Positions 27,441-35,274 of a stretch of 36,279 nucleotides of DNA are shown here, piece after piece. Source of the stretch: a virus (taxonomy: Duplodnaviria; Heunggongvirae; Uroviricota; Caudoviricetes); IMG/VR virus record IMGVR_UViG_2917393062_000005, positions 1 to 36,279 of that record, one strand, 5' to 3'. Every line of letters begins with the position of its first letter. Within the stretch, counting starts at the first letter, position 1. A model generated the notes under the pieces. The model worked only from the letters and a program-made list of their open reading frames with translations, did no database searches and was not told the DNA's origin. Made by a program: the position numbers and the translations under genes.

Positions 27441-30172
27441 GTCAGGCCACCCCGCAGCAGGTCTGCTTTGCGGTGGGCGCGTTCAGTGGTTTCACTGATT
27501 CTCTGTGCGTGCTCTGCGTCACGGATGGCGCGCAGCATGTCAGAAAGCACGGTAACGGGGGTTTTCATGGTGTTCTGGTCCTGCTGAAGTGTGGATGCCA
27601 GACGTGCGGCGGCTTCAGGGTCTGATGCCCCCAGCTGTGCCAGATAGCTGGCGACCGGGTTATGGCGGATCTCCGTGCTGCTTACGCCGTGATTACGGCT
27701 CAGGCGCTGCCAGAGCTGCGTGATTCGGCTGTCCGGGCGGGTATCCGGTTTGCGTACAATTTCAAATCCCTGCGGTGCAATGATGCTGCCGTCAACGTAC
27801 AGACTGCCGCCCCGTAACAGGTGCTGCATCTGTTGTTCACCGATATGCAGGCCGAGAGATTCAGCAGACTCCCGCCATTCTTTAGCGAGTAATTCGTGGT
27901 TATCAGGCAAAGGCCGCTGCTGTTTGCGGCTCTGTGTCCAGCTCTGCATTTCATCACTGCTGTTTTTTGCCTGTTTGTCACGCAGCGAACGCATCAGCGC
28001 CCGGCGTTCGTGCCGTTTCAGTGAGCGCATCCATTCGTTCACTTCAACGCCGTCAGGGAGCTGCGGCCACGGTGCTGGCCGTTCTTCCGGCTGTTCTGTC
28101 CCGTTGTTGTCCGTTTCCTGTACACGGGGACAGTTATTGCCACGAGTCCAAGGGGCGGCAGGGCCGCCCTGAAGGTCAAAACCATTTTCGTGGGTGCTGT
28201 CTTCCGCTTCCGGTTTACGTCTTACCAGCTTCCAGTTATCCGGGTGCGTGCACACACGGGAGGATTCCCCGATGAGTGGCGACCAGATCCCGTAAATCTG
28301 TACACTCTGTTCGCCGTAATCGTTCAGCTCATCTGCGAGGTCGTAGGCTGTGCGAATCAGGTAGTCCTTGCGCGGAACAAGTACGCCACCCTGTTTTTCA
28401 ATGTAGGTGGCAAAACACCCGGCATCAGCGGCAGCAAGAACCGCATCCATTGCGTCATCCTTCAGCCGTTGCGGGCCTTCCGGGTTGCGTGCCATCTGGC
28501 TGGCAAGGCGGCGGAGTTCACGCCACACCTGACGGGAGGGAATGCCAAAGAACTGGAACTGGCGGACCCGGTGAAGGCGCGCCCAGCCGATGGCGCGTTC
28601 CACGCTCTCGGCCATTGATTTTCCGGTTTCGTGGTCAACGCGTGGCTTGCCCGTTTTCGGGTCGATGCCATCCACGGCGCGGCTGTCCAGGTTCTTTCCG
28701 ATGTAGGTGGCGATGTAGCTGGTTGGTGTGCCTTTTGAGCCGTCGACATACTCCACCTTAAAGCGCGGAGTAATATCATTGCCCAGCTCGTGGCGGTCTT
28801 CCTGAATGGCAATATCGCGGGTGATGGCCACGATGCTGTCGATTTCTTCCGGATGAGCAAAGACCATCATGTGCCAGTGCACGGTGCCGTCATGGTGAGG
28901 CTCCACCGTGCGGATGCCATACCAGCGCAGGCCGTCGCGGTTCAGTTTTTTGCGGACCGCCGCAAAAAACGTGTTAACCAGGTAATCGCTGGAGTCGCGC
29001 ATGGTGGCTCCGTTCCATTTGGGATTCGGATGACCGTTCTCTGTTGTGGCGTGGTATTTTGACGGGCAGGTGACAGTCAGAAACACCGCTTTGTCGCCAC
29101 GGGCTTCGGCCAGAAGTTCCAGCCCCTTCATGGTGGCCATCATTTCTGCCTTACGGTGAACTGGGTTACTTACTCCCGCGTAATACACTGTCTCGAGATC
29201 AATAGTGAACCCGTCTTCGTTTTCCAGCATGAAACTTTTCAGAAAATCGCGTGTTTTCTCGCGCTGTGCGCGAAACTCGCTTAACGCGTCCTGGCTCAGA
29301 TAGGGCGATGTTTTTCTGGAAACCAGACAGGCGGCGCGGAGTTGTTCTTCTCTCCACTCGCAACGTAACAGCCACAGTTTGCGTTTCCACCATTGCGCAC
29401 AGGTCAGGCGAAGGATTGCGCCCGGTAACAGTTCCGTATCCGGATCGCTCTTGTTCAGGGCTTCGTAATGTGGCGGCATGATGTGCAGGCATAATGCGAT
29501 ACGGGCCAGCATCCGGTAAGCCTTCAACATTACATCCATGGTCAGCTCGCCATCTCTGGCACCAAAGCCATCGCAGAGTGTTTCGAAGGTGCTGCTGAAC
29601 ATCGCCGCCGTCATGGTGGCCAGCGTCTGTATCTGGTGCTTGTTGAGCTGCGGCAGGTAAAGCAAATCGTCCAGGCGTTCACGCCCGGCAAGGGAGCGAT
29701 AACCCGGTGTCAGCCAGCGTCCGTCAGTGCGATCCAGACGTTCGAATATTTTGCGCAGGGTTCCGCGTGCATAGCGTTCAGCCTGCCAGCTCTTTTTGCC
29801 TTTCTGACGATCGGCTTCCTGTTTTTTGCGCAGGAAGGAGAGGTGGCGAATAAGCGGATCGCGCAGATAGGACGGCAGCAGGCGCAGCGAGGCCATGGCT
29901 TCATCCACCGCGCCGCGTGCCTGTTTTCTGGCGTCTCCTGCCAGTGTGATGGTTTTGTCCTGTTTTTCCTGTGCGTCCAGGCTTTTATTAATCAGGTTGC
30001 CCAGCGGCGTGGCGGAGAACGCCGCATCAGCCATTTCCTGGCAGCGCTCGTTCTCTGCCCGGTAGGCATCCAGCCAGGAGGAAAGCGCGGATTCAGGAGT
30101 GGGGATCTCCGTTCCTTCACGCCCCACTGCGTGGCGCGGTTGTTGCCAGTCCCTGATGTACTCTGCCGTCAT
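27365..30172 (-). CDS. A: Replication initiation endonuclease A (rolling-circle, GPA family)
   Basis: 935 aa; tandem-tyrosine active-site motif PTSYIATYIGKNLDS typical of P2 gpA-like proteins; located upstream of the cos-proximal locus. Confidence 0.85.
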   Translation of the reverse strand: MTAEYIRDWQQPRHAVGREGTEIPTPESALSSWLDAYRAENERCQEMADAAFSATPLGNLINKSLDAQEKQDKTITLAGDARKQARGAVDEAMASLRLLPSYLRDPLIRHLSFLRKKQEADRQKGKKSWQAERYARGTLRKIFERLDRTDGRWLTPGYRSLAGRERLDDLLYLPQLNKHQIQTLATMTAAMFSSTFETLCDGFGARDGELTMDVMLKAYRMLARIALCLHIMPPHYEALNKSDPDTELLPGAILRLTCAQWWKRKLWLLRCEWREEQLRAACLVSRKTSPYLSQDALSEFRAQREKTRDFLKSFMLENEDGFTIDLETVYYAGVSNPVHRKAEMMATMKGLELLAEARGDKAVFLTVTCPSKYHATTENGHPNPKWNGATMRDSSDYLVNTFFAAVRKKLNRDGLRWYGIRTVEPHHDGTVHWHMMVFAHPEEIDSIVAITRDIAIQEDRHELGNDITPRFKVEYVDGSKGTPTSYIATYIGKNLDSRAVDGIDPKTGKPRVDHETGKSMAESVERAIGWARLHRVRQFQFFGIPSRQVWRELRRLASQMARNPEGPQRLKDDAMDAVLAAADAGCFATYIEKQGGVLVPRKDYLIRTAYDLADELNDYGEQSVQIYGIWSPLIGESSRVCTHPDNWKLVRRKPEAEDSTHENGFDLQGGPAAPWTRGNNCPRVQETDNNGTEQPEERPAPWPQLPDGVEVNEWMRSLKRHERRALMRSLRDKQAKNSSDEMQSWTQSRKQQRPLPDNHELLAKEWRESAESLGLHIGEQQMQHLLRGGSLYVDGSIIAPQGFEIVRKPDTRPDSRITQLWQRLSRNHGVSSTEIRHNPVASYLAQLGASDPEAAARLASTLQQDQNTMKTPVTVLSDMLRAIRDAEHAQRISETTERAHRKADLLRGGLTSGNKKQTEMGFTNPVNEQKTCHKT

Positions 30173-30178
30173 AGTGAT

Positions 30179-30544
30179 TTACTTCGTCATGCCATTCAGG
30201 GTGTCGCGGCAGACGGCAGCCAGCCGCTGAATTTCCAGCACGGTGTCTTCTGTGTCGGCATGGCGATGTGTGATGCGGATGCTGTCGGCAATCACATCGA
30301 CGATTGCAGAGGATGGGCGCTGGTAAATGCCAATAACGGACGGGGTGCCACCTTCAATGCGGTAAAGCCTGTAATTTCCCTCGTGGCTGTCAATCATGTA
30401 GCGACCATCAATAACAATCTTTCCGTCAGCGAGCTGCGGTACAGGCAGGGATTTCAGGTACATGTCATAACGATCACGCACGCGAGCGGCAAGATCACGT
30501 TCTGTGTTGAGCAGGTATTCAAGAAAGTCGTTGGCGAGAATCAT
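30179..30544 (-). CDS. Hypothetical early protein, 121 aa
   Basis: ORF immediately upstream of A on the same strand. Confidence 0.55.
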   Translation of the reverse strand: MILANDFLEYLLNTERDLAARVRDRYDMYLKSLPVPQLADGKIVIDGRYMIDSHEGNYRLYRIEGGTPSVIGIYQRPSSAIVDVIADSIRITHRHADTEDTVLEIQRLAAVCRDTLNGMTK

Positions 30545-30616
30545 TGCTGCAATCCTCTTGTTACAGATGTGCGAAGGCCTCCCGCCGCAAAGTGCAGGAA
30601 AGGCCTGGAACAGGAA

Positions 30617-30847
30617 TTAATGGAGTTTGTTTTGCTGCTCGATGAGCTGCTGAAGCTCGCGCAGATCATCCGCCAGATAGCTGAAAACAGAGGCGGAATA
30701 AATGTTTGATAGTGCGTGGCTGCGCTCATGCAGCATATTGATGTGCATGATTTGCGCGACGCGTGATGCGCGGGAAAGTCTGCGGTTGATTTCAGTCTGG
30801 ATGTGACGACGCTCCGCGATAGCGCGGTGCTGTTTGCGGTCTGCCAT
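30617..30847 (-). CDS. Hypothetical small protein, 76 aa
   Basis: ORF with AAAGAGG RBS 8 nt upstream of the ATG; balanced, helical-looking composition. Confidence 0.45.
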   Translation of the reverse strand: MADRKQHRAIAERRHIQTEINRRLSRASRVAQIMHINMLHERSHALSNIYSASVFSYLADDLRELQQLIEQQNKLH

Positions 30848-31023
30848 GGTGTGGCCTCTTTGCTCGGTGATAGAAATAACTCACCATCCAGAGTTGAGAA
30901 TCTCGGGGTGGCGAGACGTACAGGGTTCTCAACACCGGAGAGCAAAGAATCCGGCCCGACCGAAGTCGGCCCCGTACGCCCCGCCATAATTCTGACGCGA
31001 AAAAGACGTGGCAATACAGTACG

Positions 31024-31047
31024 CACAAAAAAACCGCTTGCGCGGTT
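31024..31047 (-). terminator. Rho-independent terminator on the minus strand inside the early region
   Basis: Plus-strand A7-AACCGC-TTGC-GCGGTT; on the minus strand this reads as hairpin then T7. Confidence 0.55.
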
Positions 31048-31169
31048 ATGCGCTTTGCTCTGTATCGGGTTGAGAATCCCGGCACCCGTTTTATGAGGTG
31101 CAGCGGAAATGTAACCTGACCGATTGAGGCATGGCAAGCGGTTTTTTTGTGTGTGCATGTTCTGGTTTC

Positions 31170-31469
31170 TTACTGGTTCAGAAAAAAATCAAAAACCTTG
31201 TCAATGCGTTGCAGCAGCTCTTGCTGTATTGCTTCCGGCGTTTCCGGTTCGCCCGGCGACTCCAATGTCGCGCAGAAATCAGCGATTTCATGATGGAGCG
31301 TCAGGCGAATGGCAGGAGCCGTGGTTCTGGCGTGCTCCAGCTCATCCAGCAGTGCCAGCACAGCAGACGGCGAGAGCATTGCGCGAAATGCCAGTAATTT
31401 TTGAGGCGTTGCCATTCGTTGCAGAGCAAATGCCAGTTCGCGTAGCTTCTGGTGGTTGATGTTGCTCAT
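31170..31469 (-). CDS. Hypothetical early protein, 99 aa
   Basis: ORF in the early operon; start overlaps the upstream gene's stop. Confidence 0.55.
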   Translation of the reverse strand: MSNINHQKLRELAFALQRMATPQKLLAFRAMLSPSAVLALLDELEHARTTAPAIRLTLHHEIADFCATLESPGEPETPEAIQQELLQRIDKVFDFFLNQ

Positions 31470-31732
31470 GTTCTGGCTTCCTTCAGTAGCTGGTTAAACA
31501 TGTGAGTAAGTGGATTGCTACACCCGAACGGCATCGGGTTTACGTGGTAAGAAGCCTGGCCTCCTGTTTTGCGAGCGCGACCACCTGTGCTGCGGTTTGT
31601 TCTGATGACTAAGCCGCCACGCCAAAGTCGGCGTAACTCAGCATTAATGGCTGTGGTTGGAGTATTCAGTGCTGCGGCGATATCTCCGCCGCTACAACCC
31701 GGATGAGTAGCGATGTAGTCCAGAATGGTCAT
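31466..31732 (-). CDS. Hypothetical early protein, 88 aa, possible winged-helix DNA-binding fold
   Basis: ORF with translationally coupled neighbours; GGDIAAALNTPTTAINAELRRLWRGGLV is helix-turn-helix-like. Confidence 0.5.
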   Translation of the reverse strand: MTILDYIATHPGCSGGDIAAALNTPTTAINAELRRLWRGGLVIRTNRSTGGRARKTGGQASYHVNPMPFGCSNPLTHMFNQLLKEART

Positions 31733-31932
31733 CTGCGTGGCTCCTGTACCTGTCGGATAAGATTCACCCGCGCCACGTTGGTGGCGCAGAAGTAAGTGCC
31801 GTCAGTGAGGTAGATGTGGTGTGCATCCTTTTCCGAACGATGTTTGTCGATAGTGGTAATCAGGCGTTCGTCGACCTCGTATTCGCGCCCTCTGGAGGTA
31901 AAGCGAACGACGGGAAAATGCTTAATTGCCAT
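31729..31932 (-). CDS. Hypothetical early protein, 67 aa
   Basis: ORF overlapping the next gene's start. Confidence 0.45.
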   Translation of the reverse strand: MAIKHFPVVRFTSRGREYEVDERLITTIDKHRSEKDAHHIYLTDGTYFCATNVARVNLIRQVQEPRR

Positions 31933-31955
31933 TGCGCCCCCTTTGTCCAGTAACC

Positions 31956-32372
31956 CTATGCGTTAAATACGGCACGTTGCGCGTCATCAATGAATACAGC
32001 TTGAGAGCGTTCTATCAGGCGGAGATTTGTCAGAAGCTCTGACTCTTTTGTGTGGTAAGGCGTTATCAGGTATTTGCCGTGCAGTTCGGCAATAATGGTG
32101 TATTGCAGCATCATTGCTGAACCAAGAATATAAATGCAGCGTCCAATGCTGGACGGATTCATGGCTGCAACTGTTGACTGTGTTTTAAGAGTGTCGATTT
32201 CTTTGCTCTGTTCCTCAATAATTTTGGCTGCGTCAGCGGTGATTTTTGCAATGGTCAGTGCGTGAAGTGCTGCCATATGTTGGCTACGCTTCACGGCATC
32301 TTTAGCCATTTCATCTTCCGCTTCTGATAATTTTTTTAATGTGTCGATAATGCCTTCTTCTTTTGCGTTCAT
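31956..32372 (-). CDS. Hypothetical early protein, 138 aa
   Basis: ORF in the early operon; no family recognised. Confidence 0.55.
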   Translation of the reverse strand: MNAKEEGIIDTLKKLSEAEDEMAKDAVKRSQHMAALHALTIAKITADAAKIIEEQSKEIDTLKTQSTVAAMNPSSIGRCIYILGSAMMLQYTIIAELHGKYLITPYHTKESELLTNLRLIERSQAVFIDDAQRAVFNA

Positions 32373-32464
32373 TTTATATCTCCGTTATTTACGTGTGCGA
32401 ATACCTCCGCGAATGCGGATAGTTTTCAGGTTTTCGGGTTTAATCTGGTGTTTTGTTTAAGCTG

Positions 32465-32578
32465 TTATTCGTCAGTGAAAAAGCGTTCAATCTTTTTTAC
32501 TGAATGAATAATTCGCATAATCCCAATGGCGCAGGCCACCGAAATAATCAGAACAAGCCATGAGATAAATATACTCAT
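32465..32578 (-). CDS. Small hydrophobic protein, 37 aa, single predicted TM helix
   Basis: My own translation: MSIFISWLVLIISVACAIGIMRIIHSVKKIERFFTDE; ATG overlaps the upstream TGA (ATGA coupling). Below the ORF-track cutoff. Confidence 0.35.
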   Translation of the reverse strand: MSIFISWLVLIISVACAIGIMRIIHSVKKIERFFTDE

Positions 32579-32817
32579 GCGATATTCCCCAGCTTATACG
32601 GTTCAATATGTTCCCCGCATTCTGCGGCACAGATCAGCTCGGAAAGTTCGTTAAGTGCATCCAGATCATCAGCGTAAAAAGCGACGTCATACAAACTCCG
32701 GATTGCCCTGGTCAATGAATCACGGGCTGCACGTTCAGCATGAGCGCCTGATGCACTTAAGCGAAAATAAAATCGTTCAAGTGCTTTATTAATGAGAGTT
32801 TTATATTCTTTGCCCAT
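32575..32817 (-). CDS. Hypothetical early protein, 80 aa
   Basis: ORF in the early operon. Confidence 0.5.
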   Translation of the reverse strand: MGKEYKTLINKALERFYFRLSASGAHAERAARDSLTRAIRSLYDVAFYADDLDALNELSELICAAECGEHIEPYKLGNIA

Positions 32818-32828
32818 CGCAACGCCCT

Positions 32829-33107
32829 TTAATCTGCTTTCTGAATTTCAGCTTCTGAATCCATACAAATAATTTCGATATAGGGTTCATCGCCATTAAC
32901 CTGACGTGCCTTTTCAGCTTCGCTAATGATTTCTCGTACGGTCTGGTACGGAAGCTCCACAGTCAGGCGCGTACCGTTCAGATAAACGTAAGTAGCTGCG
33001 TTTTTTTCGGATGGAACAACTCCGTCAATGGCTGATGCGCGTAATAACAGTTCACCGCGAAAATCAATAAAACGGATAAATACACCTTGTGCATGCTCTT
33101 TGGTCAT
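32829..33107 (-). CDS. Hypothetical early protein, about 92 aa
   Basis: Probable start at the internal Met (MTKEHAQGVFIRF...); the ORF track extends to 33167. Confidence 0.5.
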   Translation of the reverse strand: MTKEHAQGVFIRFIDFRGELLLRASAIDGVVPSEKNAATYVYLNGTRLTVELPYQTVREIISEAEKARQVNGDEPYIEIICMDSEAEIQKAD

Positions 33108-33117
33108 AAAGCACCTG

Positions 33118-33459
33118 TTATAAATCAGCCTGTTTAATAAAACTTTGCCCGCGAAGCAGACGATCAACCGTGCGAAGTGCTTCGTATAATGTGAAATCCT
33201 GCCCGAAGTGATTGTCGCCGCAGCTCAATGCAAAAATGCGGTTTCCGGTAAACGGATTGCGCGGGCATTTGTGGACCACGATTCCAGCTTTCTCAATCAG
33301 CCAGGCATGCTCGCCGATTTGTTTTACTGGGTAGCCATCCGGCGTTGCATGTGTATCACTCAGGCTGTAGCGGATGTTACTGCGTGATGCACTGGTAGCG
33401 AAACGGTTAGCGTGGCGTTCAGCACCATTACGAAAGCGTGAATTACGTTGCTGTTTCAT
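33118..33459 (-). CDS. Hypothetical early protein, 113 aa, basic N-terminus with Cys/His cluster
   Basis: ORF; HKCPRNPF...SCGDNHF could be a metal-binding motif. No confident family. Confidence 0.5.
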   Translation of the reverse strand: MKQQRNSRFRNGAERHANRFATSASRSNIRYSLSDTHATPDGYPVKQIGEHAWLIEKAGIVVHKCPRNPFTGNRIFALSCGDNHFGQDFTLYEALRTVDRLLRGQSFIKQADL

Positions 33460-33488
33460 ATTCCGACTTGCCTCAATGTGTTGAAGAT

Positions 33489-33698
33489 CTACAGTCCGAT
33501 GTTTCTTGTAAGTTTAAAAATTACTTCGGCCATAACTTCACTAATTACTCCAGTATCCCGGTTGGCCAGTGCCACTTCCCATGCGGCTTTTGCTCGTGTA
33601 GGGTCTAGCCGACCTGATTTTTGTTGTGTAATGATGGAACGTAAATCGTCATATAGTTCTTTTATGGCTGTTTCTTTTGTCTGTGTGAGGTTATCCAT
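33489..33698 (-). CDS. Hypothetical early protein, 69 aa
   Basis: ORF on the early-operon strand; its ATG shares a CCATGG palindrome with the opposite-strand gene. Confidence 0.4.
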   Translation of the reverse strand: MDNLTQTKETAIKELYDDLRSIITQQKSGRLDPTRAKAAWEVALANRDTGVISEVMAEVIFKLTRNIGL

Positions 33699-34137
33699 GG
33701 CAACACCTTCAAATATTGATGTTTTTAATGAAACTGTTGGTAAAACTTTTGCGTTTCTTTATGAGTCATTTCCCCGAAAAGTAACCATTGATGTTTGTGC
33801 TTTAACCGGGGTTTCCGCTCCAACGTTTGAAGAGAAGGACCCGGCGGTCAGAAAGCAAAAACATGAAGCTCTTGTTCTTCGTTATTACTCCATTGAGTGG
33901 CTTATTGCTGCTGGTTATGTATCTGCCGATGCTGTTCCTTTTGAAAGTTTCGATAAGGCGGTACTTACGGCTAAAGGACTTGAATTATTGAAACTTGATC
34001 CAGAGTCACTTAAGCAATCGCTTGGAGATAAACTTGTCGATGCAACCAAGAGTGGGGCGATAGATGCAATAAAAAGCACCGCCTCATCTGCACTTACCAC
34101 AGGTATCTCCTTTGCTTTTAAACACTTGTTTGGCTAA
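33697..34137 (+). CDS. Hypothetical protein, about 147 aa, AT-rich, opposite strand to the early operon
   Basis: ATG at 33697 with GAGG 7 nt upstream; lower GC than the rest of the prophage; no TM helices; no family recognised. The ORF track's upstream extension to 33448 is probably spurious. Confidence 0.55.
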   Translation: MATPSNIDVFNETVGKTFAFLYESFPRKVTIDVCALTGVSAPTFEEKDPAVRKQKHEALVLRYYSIEWLIAAGYVSADAVPFESFDKAVLTAKGLELLKLDPESLKQSLGDKLVDATKSGAIDAIKSTASSALTTGISFAFKHLFG

Positions 34138-34241
34138 TCGACTGATGCATCCTACATAACGTCCATTTTTGAAGTATCTACGGCGAAACCTCATGTGATG
34201 GGGTTCGCTGTTTTGCTGTTGCTTATTCATTTTTTGTGCCT

Positions 34242-34448
34242 CTATCCGATGAGCCAAATAACAAACGCTATGAGCACCGCACCAATGGTGATCGGAAAAA
34301 GACCTCTGGCATAAGCGGCGAGGTAATGAACGTTGAGAACAATAAAGCGTTCTTTTTGTCCTGTTAGCTTGCTAAGCAGATAAATCGCTATTACACCCAC
34401 TTCTAGGAATACAAGGTCCAAAATGGCGCTGGTGATATTGCTGGTCAT
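34242..34448 (-). CDS. Small membrane protein, 68 aa, two predicted TM helices
   Basis: ORF immediately downstream of cox; hydrophobic segments LDLVFLEVGVIAIYLL and ITIGAVLIAFVIWLIG. Confidence 0.5.
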   Translation of the reverse strand: MTSNITSAILDLVFLEVGVIAIYLLSKLTGQKERFIVLNVHYLAAYARGLFPITIGAVLIAFVIWLIG

Positions 34449-34454
34449 TTATGA

Positions 34455-34742
34455 TTAAAGCCCCAGCCACAACAACCATGCATCGCGGCGTTCTTTCGGC
34501 TGATCAAAAAACGCTTTGCGCATACCTGCGTTAAATGCTGGCAGATATACCCAGTTTTCTGATGCTCGCGTCTTCACTGAACCTGGTTTCACAAAGTCAA
34601 TCGTTGGTAACTTTGCAGCGTCAATCATGGTTCTGACGGTTGATTCTTTGCGACCAATCATCTTGGCAAATAGTTGATATGGCACCGCTTCAAGTGGATA
34701 TGGTGCTACCTGAATGAACCCCTCAAGCTCTGATTCGCTCAT
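34455..34742 (-). CDS. cox: Cox-like excisionase / early transcriptional regulator
   Basis: AVPYQLFAKMIG...WVYLPAFNAGMRKAF...RDAWLLWLGL matches P2 Cox (AIPYQEFAKLIG...WVYLPAWNNGL...RDGWLMWLGL). Confidence 0.88.
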   Translation of the reverse strand: MSESELEGFIQVAPYPLEAVPYQLFAKMIGRKESTVRTMIDAAKLPTIDFVKPGSVKTRASENWVYLPAFNAGMRKAFFDQPKERRDAWLLWLGL

Positions 34743-34857
34743 TGTGGTAATCTCCTTAATTCGTCCAAATGGCCCAAAATGGCTTATATAGGCTTATTTT
34801 GGCTATTTGAATGTTTTGTATTACATGTAACCCAATAGCGTGGAGTTTAGATCACAT
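34743..34857. promoter_or_regulatory. Divergent Pe/Pc promoter-operator region between cox and C, with three direct repeats
   Basis: GGCTTATATA / GGCTTATTTT / GGCTATTTGA at about 10-bp spacing in the cox-C intergenic region; P2-type C repressors bind direct repeats. Confidence 0.5.
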
Positions 34858-35178
34858 ATGATCCATAAATCAAGCCTTGGAGAAAAACTTCGCCTGATTC
34901 GAGAGGCAGAGGGATTGTCACGTAGAGAGATGGAAGAGGTGACAGGGGTATCTCAAAACAATCTCAAAAATTATGAAATATTGGGAAGAATGATACCTGG
35001 AGAAACGTTACTCCTGATTTTGAATCATCCTCGTTTTCGGAAGTATTCGGATTGGGTGATGTTTAATCAAACTAATGCTGCGACGGGGCAGATTGCTCCG
35101 CCTCTCTCTCTTGATGGCTTCTTCGATTCGGAGGGAGATCAGGTTTCAACCGAAACAAGCCAAAAATCACCCCGCTAA
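34858..35178 (+). CDS. C: Immunity repressor C (P2 C family)
   Basis: MIHKSSLGEKLRLIREAEGLSRREMEEVTG aligns with P2 C (MSNTISEKIVLMRKSEYLSRQQLADLTG); about 106 aa from the ATG at 34858 (ORF track starts at 34840). Confidence 0.85.
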   Translation: MIHKSSLGEKLRLIREAEGLSRREMEEVTGVSQNNLKNYEILGRMIPGETLLLILNHPRFRKYSDWVMFNQTNAATGQIAPPLSLDGFFDSEGDQVSTETSQKSPR

Positions 35179-35274
35179 GGCCAGAAAACTGGTTAGACCT
35201 GCTCTTTGTCTGGTCTGATTATTGCTGGAAAGAGGCTGGAGAAATTGTAGAGCGGTTCATTGGAGGGCTTCGCA

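Noticed and set aside
29636-30709. 357-aa plus-strand ORF antisense to replication gene A
   Set aside because: Lies entirely within or opposite A and the adjacent early gene; Cys/Arg-rich artefactual composition.
30541-31158. 205-aa minus-strand ORF spanning the non-coding early segment
   Set aside because: Ser-rich low-complexity translation; overlaps the better-supported 76-aa ORF in another frame and runs through the intrinsic terminator.
33915-34100. 61-aa minus-strand ORF inside the AT-rich plus-strand gene
   Set aside because: Antisense to the better-supported 147-aa ORF; Ser/Ala low-complexity sequence.
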